The notes: generated by a model not told the origin, from the letters alone. A stretch of 64,000 nucleotides of DNA from Octopus bimaculoides (GCF_001194135.2 NC_068981.1:92763268-92827267), one strand, 5' to 3'; shown: positions 1 to 14,560, numbered from the stretch's first letter. Program-made: numbers and translations.

Positions 1-540
1 GAACGTTGACCTTCGTATGGAAGCCCTGAATCTATTATGGACCATGACAAGATGTAAGGAATATTTCTGTTTTTGAGATGATGTGTGTGACTGGCGAGTG
101 TTGTGGATTTGCTATGTTTCTCGTATCTAAAAGAATTGAGACGCGCAGCGTATCGCGCTGTTTAAAATTTATAGTTAACCCTATATATACGGTTGTAGAA
201 TTGTGTAACGTGTTGAGGACGGTTCATTTCTAAATTACTTTAGACCTTCTGCAATGCGTTTGGAGAGTGCAGATGGTCCTAGGATGGCAGTTACATGGTT
301 ATGTATTGTGGGGATTATTCTCAGGAATGGAGGAGGCAATACTGTCAGAGGAGAGGTTAGAGATGGGGTAGATGATAGTTGCTTTCCTTAAACTGATGCT
401 AGACACTCACATATTTGATATATACATGAATATTGTATTATAGTGTAAAAGGCAGGATCACCACGTTCTCTAAATGAATTTCAGACGTTAGGGTATATTT
501 GTTCAGGAAAGCAATATGATCGGGAGAATTTTTCAAAATA
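1..540 (-). mobile_element. Penelope-like element, decayed GIY-YIG endonuclease region (runs off the window start)
   Basis: Minus-strand frame reads PCNCHPRTICTLQTHCRRSKVI*K*TVLNTLHNSTTVYIGLTINFKQR...KSTTLASHTHHLKNRNIPYILSWSIIDSGLPY. This matches the PLE pattern CNC..C.L..C / VIY / YIG.T..FK.R / ST.L..H..LK / W.II...PY and contains in-frame stops. Confidence 0.75.
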
Positions 541-1219
541 GTTTTGGTAATTTGGTTGTCTTATTTCTGGACTACTAAACGGCATACATGTACACACACA
601 AAACTTTTACTCTTCAACCACGATTGACTACCATCTACGGGAAGTAACTTTTCTTTATTCATCCCGGAAAATGTTATACATTTTCACTATGTTTCATTCC
701 AGTTCTTTCTTACCAACAGCAAGCTAACAAATGTCAACATGTACTTACTGCATAAAAGAGTCTATGAGCTTCAAAATACCATGCTAGAAGAGACGTCAAT
801 AATTCCAAGTGCAACAGTAGATGCGGATACGCGTTGACATCCTGACCACTTACATACAATAATCGATAATATACAGCTTAACGATATAAAATTTCGTGTG
901 CATGTATGTTGGTGTATCTTGAAAGCTTTCGTTTATTGATTTTAGCAGAATAATTTCTCACCTGAATAAATATATACGGGATTAGGAAGTCCAGAGACGT
1001 ATGTATTCTTGAGGTCATACTAAGTGTCTTTGAGTTACCGGCGTAATGCATCGTACTAGCTGCCAAAATGTCTCTGTCTCACTCATCTTATTTACATGGT
1101 ATGGTTTGAACAGCAACCATGGAATAGGGTTGAATGCAGTTACCGTTTTTAACAAACAGCAATTCTTGATCATTGAGGTCATTCTACTGCGCTATATACA
1201 TACATATATATACATACAT

Positions 1220-1260
<41 letters not shown>

Positions 1261-3458
1261 AAAAGAGAGAGAGAGAGGGGGAAAGAGATACATACGTATA
1301 TTCATTCATATATATATCCATATATATACACATATATATACACACACATATACACACACATATATATATGCATACACATACGTATGTGTTTGTGTGTGTG
1401 TGCGTGTGTGTGAAAAGTTACGTTCCTGGAATAGTATAGCAAGGCAAATAATAACTTAATCATAGTCCAATATTTCGGATATAAAAACTCCTTCTTCACA
1501 GATTGCTAGGAAATAACAGTCACTGTTATAGTCGGTTTTCTTATATATATATAAGAGAATATTACTATTCATAACTCACAATAATATCAGTGGCTAGCAT
1601 GCGTAAAAGAAAACCCATAAGGGTAATAATTATTAATTAATAATAAAGCATACTATTGGAAGCATGAGCATGCTAAAAATAGCAGCAAAGAGTGTTAGCT
1701 ACTAATATTATTGTGAATTATGAACAATAATATCCTCATATATTATATTGTTCACTTCGATCACCTTTTGAAATTTGCTGTGGTATTAAAAATGCTCATC
1801 GTGCACATAGATGAGATGAGCAGACGTTTTGTCTTGGGTCAGTAAGACTCGCTGATTCGGTACTAAGTGTTAAATCACAAAGTTCGAAATTACTGTGATA
1901 CCGGTATGTCTGATTTTTCGTTTACGACTTTTTCGTCAATGGTACGGGGTCTTAAATTTTTTTTTACTCAATCCCCCGACTTCACCATTGGGTAAAAATG
2001 AAAACGTATGTTTTTGAGTCAGTGTTGATTGCTATTTTTAGCATACTGGTGCTTCCAATAGTACTCTGTTTACCAATTACCATGTTTACAAATTATTAGA
2101 TACTTTTGAAACAAATCGAGCCTGTCATTTCATATGTCATACTTGATTGTCCTTTGAAAACTTATATTAGTTTTAATTTGTGTAATATTTCTGATTTGGT
2201 TATGTTTTATTTTCGTATATGTTCATACTTTCTTATGATTGATCAATAAATATAAATGTGTCGCCCTTTCTGCAGTACCACACTCTTATATCATAATATT
2301 TACAGTACTACTTGGAATACTTTTTATGTATATCTATAACGTTAGTTGCGTTGAAAATATTGTGACCTTTGGGTTATTAGAGAAATTATTCCACACCTGT
2401 GCCAAACTTTATCTGGTTTTATTGAATGGCAAATCCATTCAAATGTTCTGGATTAGCAGGATATAACTCTGAAGTCCTTTCCGTTCGTTTATCCTGGATG
2501 ACATTATTTGCAATTCGTTCTACTAATGTGTTCGTCTTTCAATCCAAATTTTTTCATTGCATTGTCAGAGTATTGAAAAGATCCTCTGAATATCCTGGTG
2601 TGAGAAGATAAAGTTGGCATAATATCATCGGTAACTTAATTGCCAATATTTCTAACCAGGTACAGAAAAATGCTTAGTCTAAACTCTGAATACATCTTTA
2701 GAAATATATTATAGCTGACGTCAAAGAGTAAATTTCTCACAGAGGTATTATTTGAGTTGAAAAGGATTAGACCGGACACAGAGAAAACCTTCTCAAATAG
2801 ATATAAACAGTATATGTACTTCATACAGATTTCAATCAAAAGACATGGTATAGTTGGTATGTGAAAGAGATGAAGCATATAAATATGCTGATCTGTAATT
2901 GAAAACGCCAAAATTCATTAGAATTGTCTAAGATTAAATGTTATCTTTGTATAACAAACGTATGTAATCTTCGCACGTGTTTCATGAAAAGCAACGCAAC
3001 GTAGTGAAACACAACTTAACACTAAAAGTATTATGCCATTGCAGATATGACATTTAGCCAGGCGTCAACACAATTTTTATGTAGAAATATTGTTGCTTGT
3101 ATTATACCATACGAAATCTATAGAAAATATAGCATGAAACAAATACTTATGTGGTCTACAAACTTAGCTGTAAACAATGTTTAACATCATGTGCCTCCGG
3201 AGAAATTCAATTAACAAAAATAATATTCAATTTCACTCAATTGAATATATTTGTGCCTATGTGTTTATGTGTATTTGTATGTTCTTTGTGGGCGTATGCG
3301 TATATGGACGTATTTCGTTTCATTTCTGTGTATATCTATGTATATAAAAATATGCTAATAAATTCTATCCATACGAATGGTACAAACATCAGATTTAATT
3401 TAGGTGAGTTACGGAAAGAGAAATAAAACAATTTTTATACAGAAATATTGGTTTCAAA

Positions 3459-3585
3459 TTTTGGCACAAGGTCAGCAGTTTCGGGGAAGGGGTCAGGTCG
3501 ATTGCATCAACCCTAGTGTTCAATTGTTACTTATCTTATCGACACCAAAACTAGAGAAGACAAAGCAGAACTCGACAGAACTTCA
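3459..3585 (-). mobile_element. SINE family A fragment
   Basis: ttttggcacaaggtcagcagtttcgggg...gtcgattgcatcaaccctagtg matches the 3' half of the minus-strand family A copy at 63155-63362. Confidence 0.65.
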
Positions 3586-3592
3586 TATATAT

Positions 3593-3935
3593 NNNNNNNN
3601 NNNNNNNNNNNNNNNNNNNNNNNNNNNNNNNNNNNNNNNNNNNNNNNNNNNNNNNNNNNNNNNNNNNNNNNNNNNNNNNNNNNNNNNNNNNNNNNNNNNN
3701 NNNNNNNNNNNNNNNNNNNNNNNNNNNNNNNNNNNNNNNNNNNNNNNNNNNNNNNNNNNNNNNNNNNNNNNNNNNNNNNNNNNNNNNNNNNNNNNNNNNN
3801 NNNNNNNNNNNNNNNNNNNNNNNNNNNNNNNNNNNNNNNNNNNNNNNNNNNNNNNNNNNNNNNNNNNNNNNNNNNNNNNNNNNNNNNNNNNNNNNNNNNN
3901 NNNNNNNNNNNNNNNNNNNNNNNNNNNNNNNNNNN
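3593..3935. other. assembly gap (N run)
   Basis: Run of N. Other gaps: 4514-4742, 8022-8108, 11521-11593, 15147-15827, 37304-37369, 40726-40829, 56158-56513. Confidence 1.
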
Positions 3936-4742
3936 CGCATACACACGTGTGTCTTTGTAAATATGTTTGTATACACTTATGTATGTGTTTGTTTGTAAGA
4001 GACAGAGCGTGAGTGAGAGAGAGAGGTTTGTTGTCATGTATACGTACATGCATAAATATACATACATCTTTGGATGTATGCATATGACAACACAGCCCTT
4101 GACTCACTCACACTCTGTCTCTTACAAACACGCACGCGCGCGCATACGCACGTGTGTCTTTGTAAATATGTTTGTATACATTTATGTATGTGTGTGTTTG
4201 TAAGAGACAGAGTGTGAGTGAGTCAAGGGGTGTGTGTGTGCGTGTGTATGTGTGTGAGAGAGAGTGAGAGAGCGGTGTGTATGTAGTATTTACTTTCTCT
4301 CTCTCTCTCTGTCATACACACTCACACACACACTCACACACAAAATAGAGAGTGAAAGCTTTTTGCCGTTGTTACGTCAATACCCGAAGTTGACATTGAG
4401 GAACCTTTTTAAAGAAGTGAATCTTAAATATAAAGCAATATTATTTATTTTTAATTTAAAAAATCAAATGAAGAGCCTAAAATTTATCCGAGGTCAAATT
4501 ATTCATGCATTACNNNNNNNNNNNNNNNNNNNNNNNNNNNNNNNNNNNNNNNNNNNNNNNNNNNNNNNNNNNNNNNNNNNNNNNNNNNNNNNNNNNNNNN
4601 NNNNNNNNNNNNNNNNNNNNNNNNNNNNNNNNNNNNNNNNNNNNNNNNNNNNNNNNNNNNNNNNNNNNNNNNNNNNNNNNNNNNNNNNNNNNNNNNNNNN
4701 NNNNNNNNNNNNNNNNNNNNNNNNNNNNNNNNNNNNNNNNNN

Positions 4743-4788
<46 letters not shown>

Positions 4789-5104
4789 ATATTGATTAAT
4801 AAAAAAAACTCGTTTTATGGAAATAGAGTTTCGATGCAATTTTATAATCAAAGTATTACTGGAAAACAAGGATAAAATAAAATCTTGAATCGTTGTTTGT
4901 TTCAAAAAACAGTGATTTATAAATACAATCCAAGATTGAAAATTTTCAAATAAACGAATTGAAAATATTGAATATATTAATAGATAAGTCTGAGAGCAAA
5001 CAGATTTCTTTTTTAATGTAGGCGATCTGAGTATTTTTAAAATGCCTTTGACGCCCCTGAGAGATTTTGCATGAACTATTTATTAACATTATTACGCTAA
5101 TTAA

Positions 5105-5290
5105 GGCAGCGAGCTGACAGATTCGTTATCGCGTCGAGCAAAGTACTTAGCGGCATTTTGTCCATCTTCGTGTTATAAGTACAAAAGCCACCGATATCGA
5201 CTTTGTCTTTCATTCTCCTAGAGTCGATGACATAAGTTTCCCCTGACTACTGGAGTCAACAGAATCGACTCATCGCCACCTCTTGTGTCA
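5105..5290 (+). mobile_element. SINE family A (diverged)
   Basis: Begins ggcagcgagctgacagattcgttatcgcgtcgagcaaagtacttagcggcattt and continues through gatatcgactttgtctttcatt, colinear with the copies at 20493 and 52808. Confidence 0.75.
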
Positions 5291-5301
5291 AGATTTGAAG
5301 C

Positions 5302-5303
<2 letters not shown>

Positions 5304-5344
<41 letters not shown>

Positions 5345-5369
5345 ATTATTATTATTATTATTATTATTT
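5304..5369. repeat. (TTA)n microsatellite
   Basis: Direct reading. Confidence 0.95.
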
Positions 5370-7116
5370 ACTCTGTTTCTGACCGTATTTTCCTGCTATT
5401 TCAATTGACATCGTTATTTTCCTTCAATCATTATTGTTTTGTTTTTCGTTGTGCTAATTCTAACCATTATATTTTTGCAGTTGTATTAAAATGTGTGATT
5501 TGGATATTTAAATTGTTCTATACTTTGTCTTTTATAGTGATCTTGTTTGGTTATACTTTCAAACAATTTTATATCTATGTAAAACTGATATGTGGTTTCT
5601 GTAATAGTTTCTTGAAAACACTAAATGTTCCACAATATCCTGGATTTTAAATCAAGTAACTTTGCGTCTCATTCTGGATGTGTTAACCGTCTTCAGTTCC
5701 GTGAGGCGTTTTATTTCCTAAAATGTCCAATTTGTATAGGATTACATCTACATGAGTCTCCAATGTCGTCTCCTCATCAATGGTCAATAACAAGAAACAG
5801 ATTTATGGAATCGTGAGATTTGATGCGATTCCATAATTATAATGATACTCGAAACAAACGAGCCAGCTCCAAATCTACTCTATAACTTTAAATCTATTTA
5901 AAGTAAAGCCTTCATGCGCCCTACAAATTATCTAGTCTTTCCTCGAAGTTCTCTAAGATATTCTGTTCTTTTCAGCTGCCCCCCCCCCCATTGTCCGTAT
6001 ACAGAGAAATACAATACTAATGTGAACCGTTGTTTATGAATTATCTCGACATCAATAGTACTTTAGTCGTTATTTTACTATGCGAATTTTTTTATGTAAG
6101 CAACCGATCTCTGATATCTCATTCTCGAGGAAATAGTTGTTCACTGCCAAGTCAAAGTCATCGGCATTCTACATTTTATGACATAATTTTCAATTGAGCT
6201 CCACTAATTGTAGTATTAAGAAAATCACTTAGCATCAACCAAAGTTGGCTTTTCATTGGGTTCTTATGTGTGTGAAAAATTATATATATATTATTTTGCT
6301 TCTCTCGGTCATTCGATTGTAACTACATTATGTGCAGTGTGCTATGTTGTACTTCTCATAAAAAGAAAATGATTTTCCAACCACTTAATGAGATTCAGCG
6401 CTTGAGTGGGATAATATTTTTATGAATATTAAACTTATGCTGATCATATATAGAAATCCACACCTGGATACGAAAAGTAGAAGTGCTGCTTACATTTATT
6501 ACATTATCGCATAGAAAATGTATGCGGTCATCCATTTTATGACAAAGGCGAAAGAGTCAGTTATAAGCCCCAATGACACCCATATGTAATTCAGTTTTGT
6601 TTCTCAATTGCAATTAATTTGCTTCACTTACATCCTTAATTCGCTTGACAAAGTTTATAAAAGCAACAATATTGATTTGCGCTCCGTTGAACACTTGTTA
6701 GATGGATACTTTAGATCAACGGTATGGAATCAGTGAAGCATAATTATTAGAATGATGAAGGGGGACAGAATTATAAGGCATTGTATTATGCATTTGTGTG
6801 TTTGTTGATTTTTGTACACGTGTATATATTATCTCTCTGGTCACATGAATAGTTTCTGCTTGAATAAGTGTATGGATATTTATAGAAATTTTTCTGTTAT
6901 ATTACTATCTATAAATATAATGGAAATTCGAAATCGAAGCTTAAGAATCAGTTATTTTTCCATGTGAAAGATACTTTAATACAGGTTTATGTAACCATTA
7001 CATGCTATCTATCGGGTAAAACATTGTCATAAATCCAATGAAAATTGGGATCGTTACTCAATCATTTTAATATATGTGTTTGTGTCTGCAAATATAAATG
7101 GATGCCAATATGTGTG

Positions 7117-7180
7117 TATGTATGTATGTATGCCTGTATGTATGTATGTATGTATGTATGTATGTATGTATGTATGTATC
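7117..7180. repeat. (TATG)n microsatellite
   Basis: Direct reading. Confidence 0.9.
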
Positions 7181-7786
7181 TATGTGTGTATTCATATATG
7201 TAAGGCAGCCAAATGGCATAATGTTTGAAGTGACTGTGTAAATTTTACAGTAAACATTTCGATTCTCAGTGCAGTCAAATCAAATTTCTTAATAATGCAA
7301 CACATGAATCAAGATGTACCGTTGCTGATACCGGTATAGTTTGTTCTCTTTTTTTTCTGTCATTATAACTTAATTACTGTGTTTCATACACAATACTCTT
7401 ATTGTCTTTGTTGCTCTTTAACTCCATTCCAACTCCAATCGAGTGAAATTATGATCAAAAGCGATTCATTCTCGGTCACGCTATATTTTTGTATATTTTA
7501 AAAAGCTGTAATTTAATTTATCATTATCTCTTTCTTCATTCGCCAATATTGGTAACAATATGATTTAAATATAAATGTAGCTCCTTGCTCTTAATATATA
7601 ATAAGGCATGATAAAATCATCACTACGAGCAATAAAAATAAAAACAAAAATGCAGAGCCGTACTTGGGGAAGAATATTCCTAAAGAATCAAACTTAACTA
7701 GAAAGTTCAAGGTTAACAAATTCGACACAAGAAGACCACGGGATTACATACAAACGTAGAAAGGTTTTTTGGGGGGAGAAACCAAT

Positions 7787-8303
7787 ACTCTTTTACTCTT
7801 TTACTTGCTTCAGTCATTTGACTGTGGCCATGCTGGAGCACCGCCTTTAGTCGAGTAAATCGACCCCTGGACTTATTCTTTGGAAGCCTTATTCTCTCGG
7901 TCTTTTTGCCGAACCACTAAGTTATGGGGACGTAAACACACCAGCATTGGTTGTCAAGCGATGTTGGGGGGGGGGGACAAACACAGACACACAAACATAT
8001 ACACACACATACATATGTATANNNNNNNNNNNNNNNNNNNNNNNNNNNNNNNNNNNNNNNNNNNNNNNNNNNNNNNNNNNNNNNNNNNNNNNNNNNNNNN
8101 NNNNNNNNATATATATATATATATATATATACATATATACGACGAGCTTCTTTCAGTTTCCGTCTACCAAATCCACTTACAAGGCTTTGGTCGGCCCGAG
8201 GCTATAGTAGAAGACACTTCCCCAAGATGCCACGCAGTGGGACTGAACCCAGAACCATGTGGTTGGTAAGCAAGCTACTTACCACACAGCCACTCCCGCG
8301 CCT
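7787..8303 (-). mobile_element. tRNA-derived SINE family B, near full length, internal microsatellite partly in a gap
   Basis: Minus-strand head ggcgcgggagtggctgtgtggtaagtagc...gggttcagtcccactgcg has A/B-box-like motifs. It has an internal (CA/TA) tract and a 3' tail of taaaagag repeats. Related copies lie at 14365, 38815, 42098 and 42826. Confidence 0.85.
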
Positions 8304-8896
8304 ATAAGTTTAAATTTGTATCGAAACTGCTGGTTCTTCTTTCCAAAATCGTTGTATAACACAATAGTTCCGTTAAATATAAATAGAATGATGGACACAT
8401 TCATACACAGTCAATGAAACGCTTTAGTAGTTCTCATTACGTATCTATTTTATAATCATACGGTTTGGCCATGTCGATTTTCATGCTTTTTGCAAACTTG
8501 TCAATGAAAATATTTTCATATTTTCTAATTTATACGGTATTTGTAAGAAGTCTATTTCTTAGTATTTTTCTTATCATATTCAAAGATATCGATCGAGGCA
8601 GCTGTAATCGGATGGCTTATTATACCATGTAAATCTATACTATTGTGTCTACAAGTTTATTTTGTTTGAGGTACTGGGTCAAATTGATTCCAAGTAGCGT
8701 ATTATTAGAAAAAACACAGCAGACATATGACATTCGAAATCTGTATTCAGGAAGATCTACTTTCAATACATCTAGTGGAGATGACATGTACCGGTATTGC
8801 GAAAGTAGAAGCTTATGTTTCCTATTTCATGCCACATCTCTTCCACTGGGCGAAAGAGATTTCGTTCTTCAATTTATGAATAATATTGATTTCGAA

Positions 8897-9045
8897 ATTT
8901 GACACATGACCAGCAATTCCAGGAAGGAGCTAAGTCGATTTCATCAACCCCAGTTCTCATTTGGTATTTATTTTATCCACTCTGAAAGTATGAAAGGCAA
9001 GGTAGACTTCAGCGGCATTTGAACTAAGAACATGTGGACGGATGG
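8897..9045 (-). mobile_element. SINE family A fragment
   Basis: ccagcaattccaggaaggagctaagtcgatttcatcaaccccag...gaaaggcaaggtagacttcagcggcatttgaact is colinear with 63155-63362. Confidence 0.75.
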
Positions 9046-9649
9046 TTTTATGAATAAATATTTTACGGCTCTTTACGATAGTTGACTTAGATATCTTAAA
9101 CTATGTCCGATGCTCTAAATTGAGAAAACTTTACCTCTTCAAAGCACCATACACATTATTTGAAGGATGCTGCTGTAGAAGAAATAATCAATTTGCTATC
9201 TCTTTACGATCATATTGACTACCGATCCATGAGTAGGATGTTAATGTATGCCAAGCTAACATTGCTAACTGACACGCAAAATCCACTCCGCCCCAAGAAC
9301 GTCCGTACCAATTATGCATAGTCATTGACTGACCGACATCTTGAGCAATCCCTGAATATTTTTGTATTATATTTCTCGTTTCACAAGCTAACCATCGTTA
9401 ATAGCAATAGCAGGAGCAACCTTTTTATCACCATCCTCTTATATTAAAAAAAATTATGCGAATTACTAATACAGCGTCAGATTGTGTAGGTTACTCTGTA
9501 AGCTAAATACATTTTCTTGGCTTTTGAATTTTCTTTGTTACTCAGTTGAAGCAACTCAGTGGTACATAGTTGAGTATGTATCAAATTAAATGAGGATTAT
9601 AGTCTCAAGTAATACATATGTGTGGGTGTGAAGGGATCAAGAGTCAGTA

Positions 9650-9651
<2 letters not shown>

Positions 9652-9692
<41 letters not shown>
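9652..9692. repeat. (GA)n microsatellite
   Basis: Direct reading. Confidence 0.95.
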
Positions 9693-9695
<3 letters not shown>

Positions 9696-12600
9696 TGTGT
9701 AAAGAACTGGTAGAATTTTGGAAATAAAATCGTATTTCTAATTTCTTTCGCCAACTACTCGGCGTTAACAAAGCCATTACTTTTAGAAGAATGTCTCGGA
9801 GTTAGGTGAAATGGGTATCGATCTCAATGCACGGCAAGCGAATGGAGTGATCGAATGTTTTTTATTTCGTTGATTTACAATACTTTTCTCAAAAATTTAT
9901 CATATGGGCATTACTATATTATTATGCCATAATATTACCAGCTGTATGATAGCCTGGGTCCGTAGATGATCTTTATAGCGCAGACTCCTTGGTTAACACA
10001 CAAGCGAAATCACCAGCCTTTTAAAGCTGAGTCGAATTGACTCAAAAGCAAACTTAGCGATTCGTTAGAATTCAAGTAAATATTTACTACAATGAAATAA
10101 ATAGTACGGTGTATAATATGTAGGTTATCCCACCATGGCCGCAATATACTAAAAACATAATCTGACGCTAGAAGCATGGTTCAGATTTATGTAGGAATGA
10201 TTTAACAAAAGAGAGGAAAAGAATGACATATTCCAGAGGACATGTAAAATTTTGAACCAACATATGAAAAGTTAGAGAATACCAATCATTTATAACGAAT
10301 ATTGTGTTCTTAATGTTGTTTTCACAATAAAGTATCGATTCTATCGCTTTGGCACAATGACAGTCTATGCAGTCAACTGAATCAACTTCAGTATGGTACT
10401 AGAACTTAGATTATTTTGAAGTCGAATGCTACTGTATTGGAACTAGTGTTTTATTGAATCAAAAATAATTAGTGTCATTATATTACGTTATTTACTTTAT
10501 TAAATAAATAATATTTTATGTTCAAGTGAAATCATATAAGAAAGAGATAGAAAACGACGCTGAAAACATGATTCATATAGTAGTAACGGGGAGGAATTAT
10601 AAACAGTAAAAACATATAGATAAATAATGAAAATACGCATATCAAATGAATGTGCTCTATCTATAATCATTAAGGTTATATGAATCCTAAAATATATCAG
10701 GAGATAGAATATAACAGGAAAAGAGAATAAATGGAAGATGTGAATATAGTATAGCGTATTTCCAAAAACAAACAAAAACCGCAAAACTTTTGTCTGTTCC
10801 TCCGCTTGTTTTGAAGTCATTATAAACGTCTGATAAATGCTGGTTGTTACAAAATGAATGAGTAATAGGTACAATACACCTATATATGTCTCATATGACA
10901 ATGTTTATGAATTCATAGAGGAATTTTCAAATAGTTACCATAAATAAAATTACTATAGCTCTCATTATTTTCTTGAGTTTGCTGCAGATAAATACACCTA
11001 TATAATTTATGAAACATTGAAGACAATAATGGAGTCAGTTAAGTTAATCAGTCTGGGATCTCACAGAGAAATATAAATAGAAAATGCCTTCACAGAAGAG
11101 CTTATCTCTAAAACCAAAAAAAAAAAAAAAAATTACAAACATATTTAAATATCTAAAACATAAACAGCATTAATTCATCAGAATTTAATAGTACAGCACA
11201 AGCATGTTATCGAGAGTGGATTCAGTGTAGTATATAAATATATAGAAATAACAAGCAAACATCTAACCATATTAATATCACTTCATTCTCAAACTTATTT
11301 ACAATCTATTTACTATCCAACTAAACGGATGACCTATTTCATTACCGCCCTATCACGTCTCTACCATTTTATATGATGCTCCACATTGTGTCCGTAAACT
11401 GGATTGTTTAAAATTACAAAGAAATGAAAGGAATTTCAAAGGAAGCCTAATATATATGTATATACATATATATGTATTATATGTATATATATGTGTGTGG
11501 GTGTATGTATGTATATATATNNNNNNNNNNNNNNNNNNNNNNNNNNNNNNNNNNNNNNNNNNNNNNNNNNNNNNNNNNNNNNNNNNNNNNNNNATTATAT
11601 GCTTTAAAGATTTGACCGTCAACCTAAAATATCGGAGCGTATGAGATGAAAGCACATACGTACGAGTAAAGACCTGTTTTGTACTTCAAACAATTGTGTC
11701 TATTGAATGAATTGCTGTAAATGGTTACATGTAATCAGTTCAGTCAATTATTTGATAAGACCATAAAAGATATTTAAGAAAACTACGTTGGCGACTTCAT
11801 TTTTATATTCTTTAAAATATTTATAAAGAATTAGCAGGCAGCTCTTGGGATTTCTTATAATAATTTAACCGCAAGCACTAAAGTCACTGCTATATCGGCC
11901 GACATAAGTTAAGGTTGTAGGACGGCTGTTTCCCATTTCAGTTAATATCTGTTATTCGACTCATAATATTTAGAATGTAAAACAAGATCTGTTTCCGGTT
12001 TTAACTGCATAGAATCCCACTAAAGTAGCAAGCGCCTGGGAGAGAACTCTGGTCTGTTCAATTTTTGAACGTCCTGCCCCTAACTCTAGGTTGACCTCAA
12101 AATGTTATAGGATGCTAACTAAGCTATAAAATCGAAGAAATTATCGTTATTCTAATTTCAGATATCATGTTAATGACGAATAGAAGAGAGGATTTATCGA
12201 CGCTCTCCCTTACACAGAAAGATTCAAAATGAGATACGCTTATACCATAACTTGGGAAATTCTTTTAAGATTTTCGACCAGCATTCCTCGCTAATTAAAA
12301 TGCAATTTGAACTGAAGCAGTTATATGAGAACAATGCATCAATATTAGCATGTTTAGTAACTGATGATGTCCCATAGATTGGCGATAATACCAATACTAT
12401 AAACATTTCTTTAACATGGACATAAACATGGAACGGATATCAAATTGTAATCAACTATTCGATTTTCCCTTATTTACTTTGCAAACATATATCTTCTCTA
12501 TAAACAATCAGGACAAGACGAGGTGAAATTCTCAATTGCATATTGGTGTACGCGCGGGGACTTGGTAATTTCATCAGATAGTTAGAAACATGTACACAAT

Positions 12601-14112
12601 ATACTGCCTGGCACCAGTTTACATCTGTAATCTTTTGGTGTATCTTCTAAGAATATTTCGCCCTTAAATGCGTTGCTCTCCTTCATGTATGTGATTTTGA
12701 AAGTAATTACAGATTACCTCTTCATTTTGTGTAGGGGATGAACATTTGTCACTGAAATGGGAGCCTCTCAAGATAAGGCTGTTCACTAGAGAATGTAGGT
12801 TTCGCTTGAAAGGATATTGGCTTGTCCTTACCCTTCCGCATCGCATTCCATTGGGGTTCATACTTATATTAAATGGAGACTTTCTGCTTAGTTTCTATAT
12901 TCTTTGACGGTTTAATCATTCTTGACCACCGTCTAAACCTTCCACGTCTCCGCAAGACGTTGTAACACACTACTAGTTGCTAAGGTGTGACAAAAGAGTG
13001 TTTGTCACTGACGATCAGGAACGGATACGTGGTATGCCCCTTAAAAAATTTACGGAACTGCCATGAAGAGTGTAGCAATCCATGACAACAACTCTCGACT
13101 ATACCCATATTACAGTGGGAAGAAAATATGAGCCTCAAGCAAACGTTACGATCCTTAAAATTACCGTTGTGCTTTGCTGCATTCTGACATGGGACTCAAA
13201 ACAATGATTAGGTATTACAGGTACAATTTCTACAGGTCTTTTGCCTCCTTCTCGATTTTGAATAGCAGATAGATTGTTCATTATGCTTTTTCTCTACGTA
13301 TTGTAAAGTTGCTTGTAAAGAAATTTATTATCTGAACCTCCCAGAGCGCAGATTAATTCTTCCAATTCTTGAAGCAGCAGTGGACAAGTTTAGTTATTGT
13401 CCACTGCTAAACGAATTATTTGAGCAACAAGATAAACGTTTCATTACAGAAACGCTTCTACAGTTCTATTTTCGACTGTGCCTCAATAATATTTAGAGAT
13501 TGAATGCTGTAGGAAGTTCAAGAAAACTGGTTAGAATGACAAAAATACGCCTATCTTATCGATTACTATATTGTTTCCAGCGTCCTAAAAAAGTGTTAAG
13601 CTACAGAGCAGGTGTAGGCTAGTTATTAGCTGTTTTTATGTTATGTTAATTTATTTCATTTTTGCTAGGTGTTTGTAGAAATAATAGTTTTCTTTTCCGA
13701 TATTTGGTGGGTTCCACTTGGTTGATTGGATGTTATAACAAACCCAACGAAATTTTGAAATAACATTCAAGAAATGTTTTTCTTGCGAAATAACAGTTTA
13801 AAAGAATTTCACTTGCTTTTTGAAATATTTATGCAAGTAAAAATATTAATCGAATGCATGTAAAAATATTGATAGAACTTTCGAAGAATGTGTTAAGATT
13901 CAATGACGTCAAATCAAAACAAAATGATATGAAAGATTAAATATAGTTTTTTCGTTGTAAAGCGAGAATCAATTCAATAAAACATCCATAGTCTTGTGAA
14001 GCAGCATTGGCCACATAAAAAAAATCATGTAATTTTTAAAACCCTTGGAAATAGAAGCTAACAGTGTGAGCTGAAGTAAACACGAGTGCACTCACTGAAA
14101 ATCCAATAATGA

Positions 14113-14117
<5 letters not shown>

Positions 14118-14174
<57 letters not shown>

Positions 14175-14229
14175 ATAGTAGTAGTAGTAGTAGCAGTACC
14201 AGCAGTAGCAGCAGCAGCAGCAGCAGCAA
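14118..14229. repeat. compound (TAG)n/(CAG)n microsatellite
   Basis: Direct reading. It explains the poly-T/poly-A and poly-L ORFs in the track. Confidence 0.95.
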
Positions 14230-14364
14230 CATGAGGATGAGGTGGAGAGCGTGGAGGAGTACGGGCATCAGAAGCATTAGCAGCGGCAGTCATAATAGTA
14301 GTCATAGTGGTAAAAATTACATTATTACAAAATGTGTCCTATAAAAATATTATATCTTTTTTTG

Positions 14365-14560
14365 CCGTTTACTTCTTTCAGGGAATAGACTGTAGTCATA
14401 CTGGAGCACTGCCTTGAAGAACTTAAGTTGAACTTATAGACATCAGTACTGCTTAAATTTTTTGTAAAACCTGATATATATTCTATTCGTTACTTTTGCT
14501 AACCGTTAAGTTACGGGGGCGTAAACACAGCGGTGCTCGGGGACAAACACAGATACAAAG
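14365..14560 (-). mobile_element. SINE family B 3' fragment (diverged)
   Basis: gactgtagtcatactggagcactgccttgaag...gttaagttacgggggcgtaaacac matches 7807-7945. Confidence 0.7.

Noticed and set aside
960-1060. Minus-strand donor attcag|gtgaga with a short open frame
   Set aside because: The acceptor is weak and the peptide unrecognisable. Such sites are expected by chance in 64 kb.
3936-4222. ~85-bp direct repeat at 3936 and 4141
   Set aside because: It is low-complexity and adjacent to a gap, so it is likely local slippage or an assembly overlap.
12180-13560. Possible mariner transposase remnants (LVTDD near 12355, FVTDDQERI near 13000)
   Set aside because: Only loose resemblance to IVTGDEKW, with no TIR and no SPDL motif found. 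Too decayed to call.
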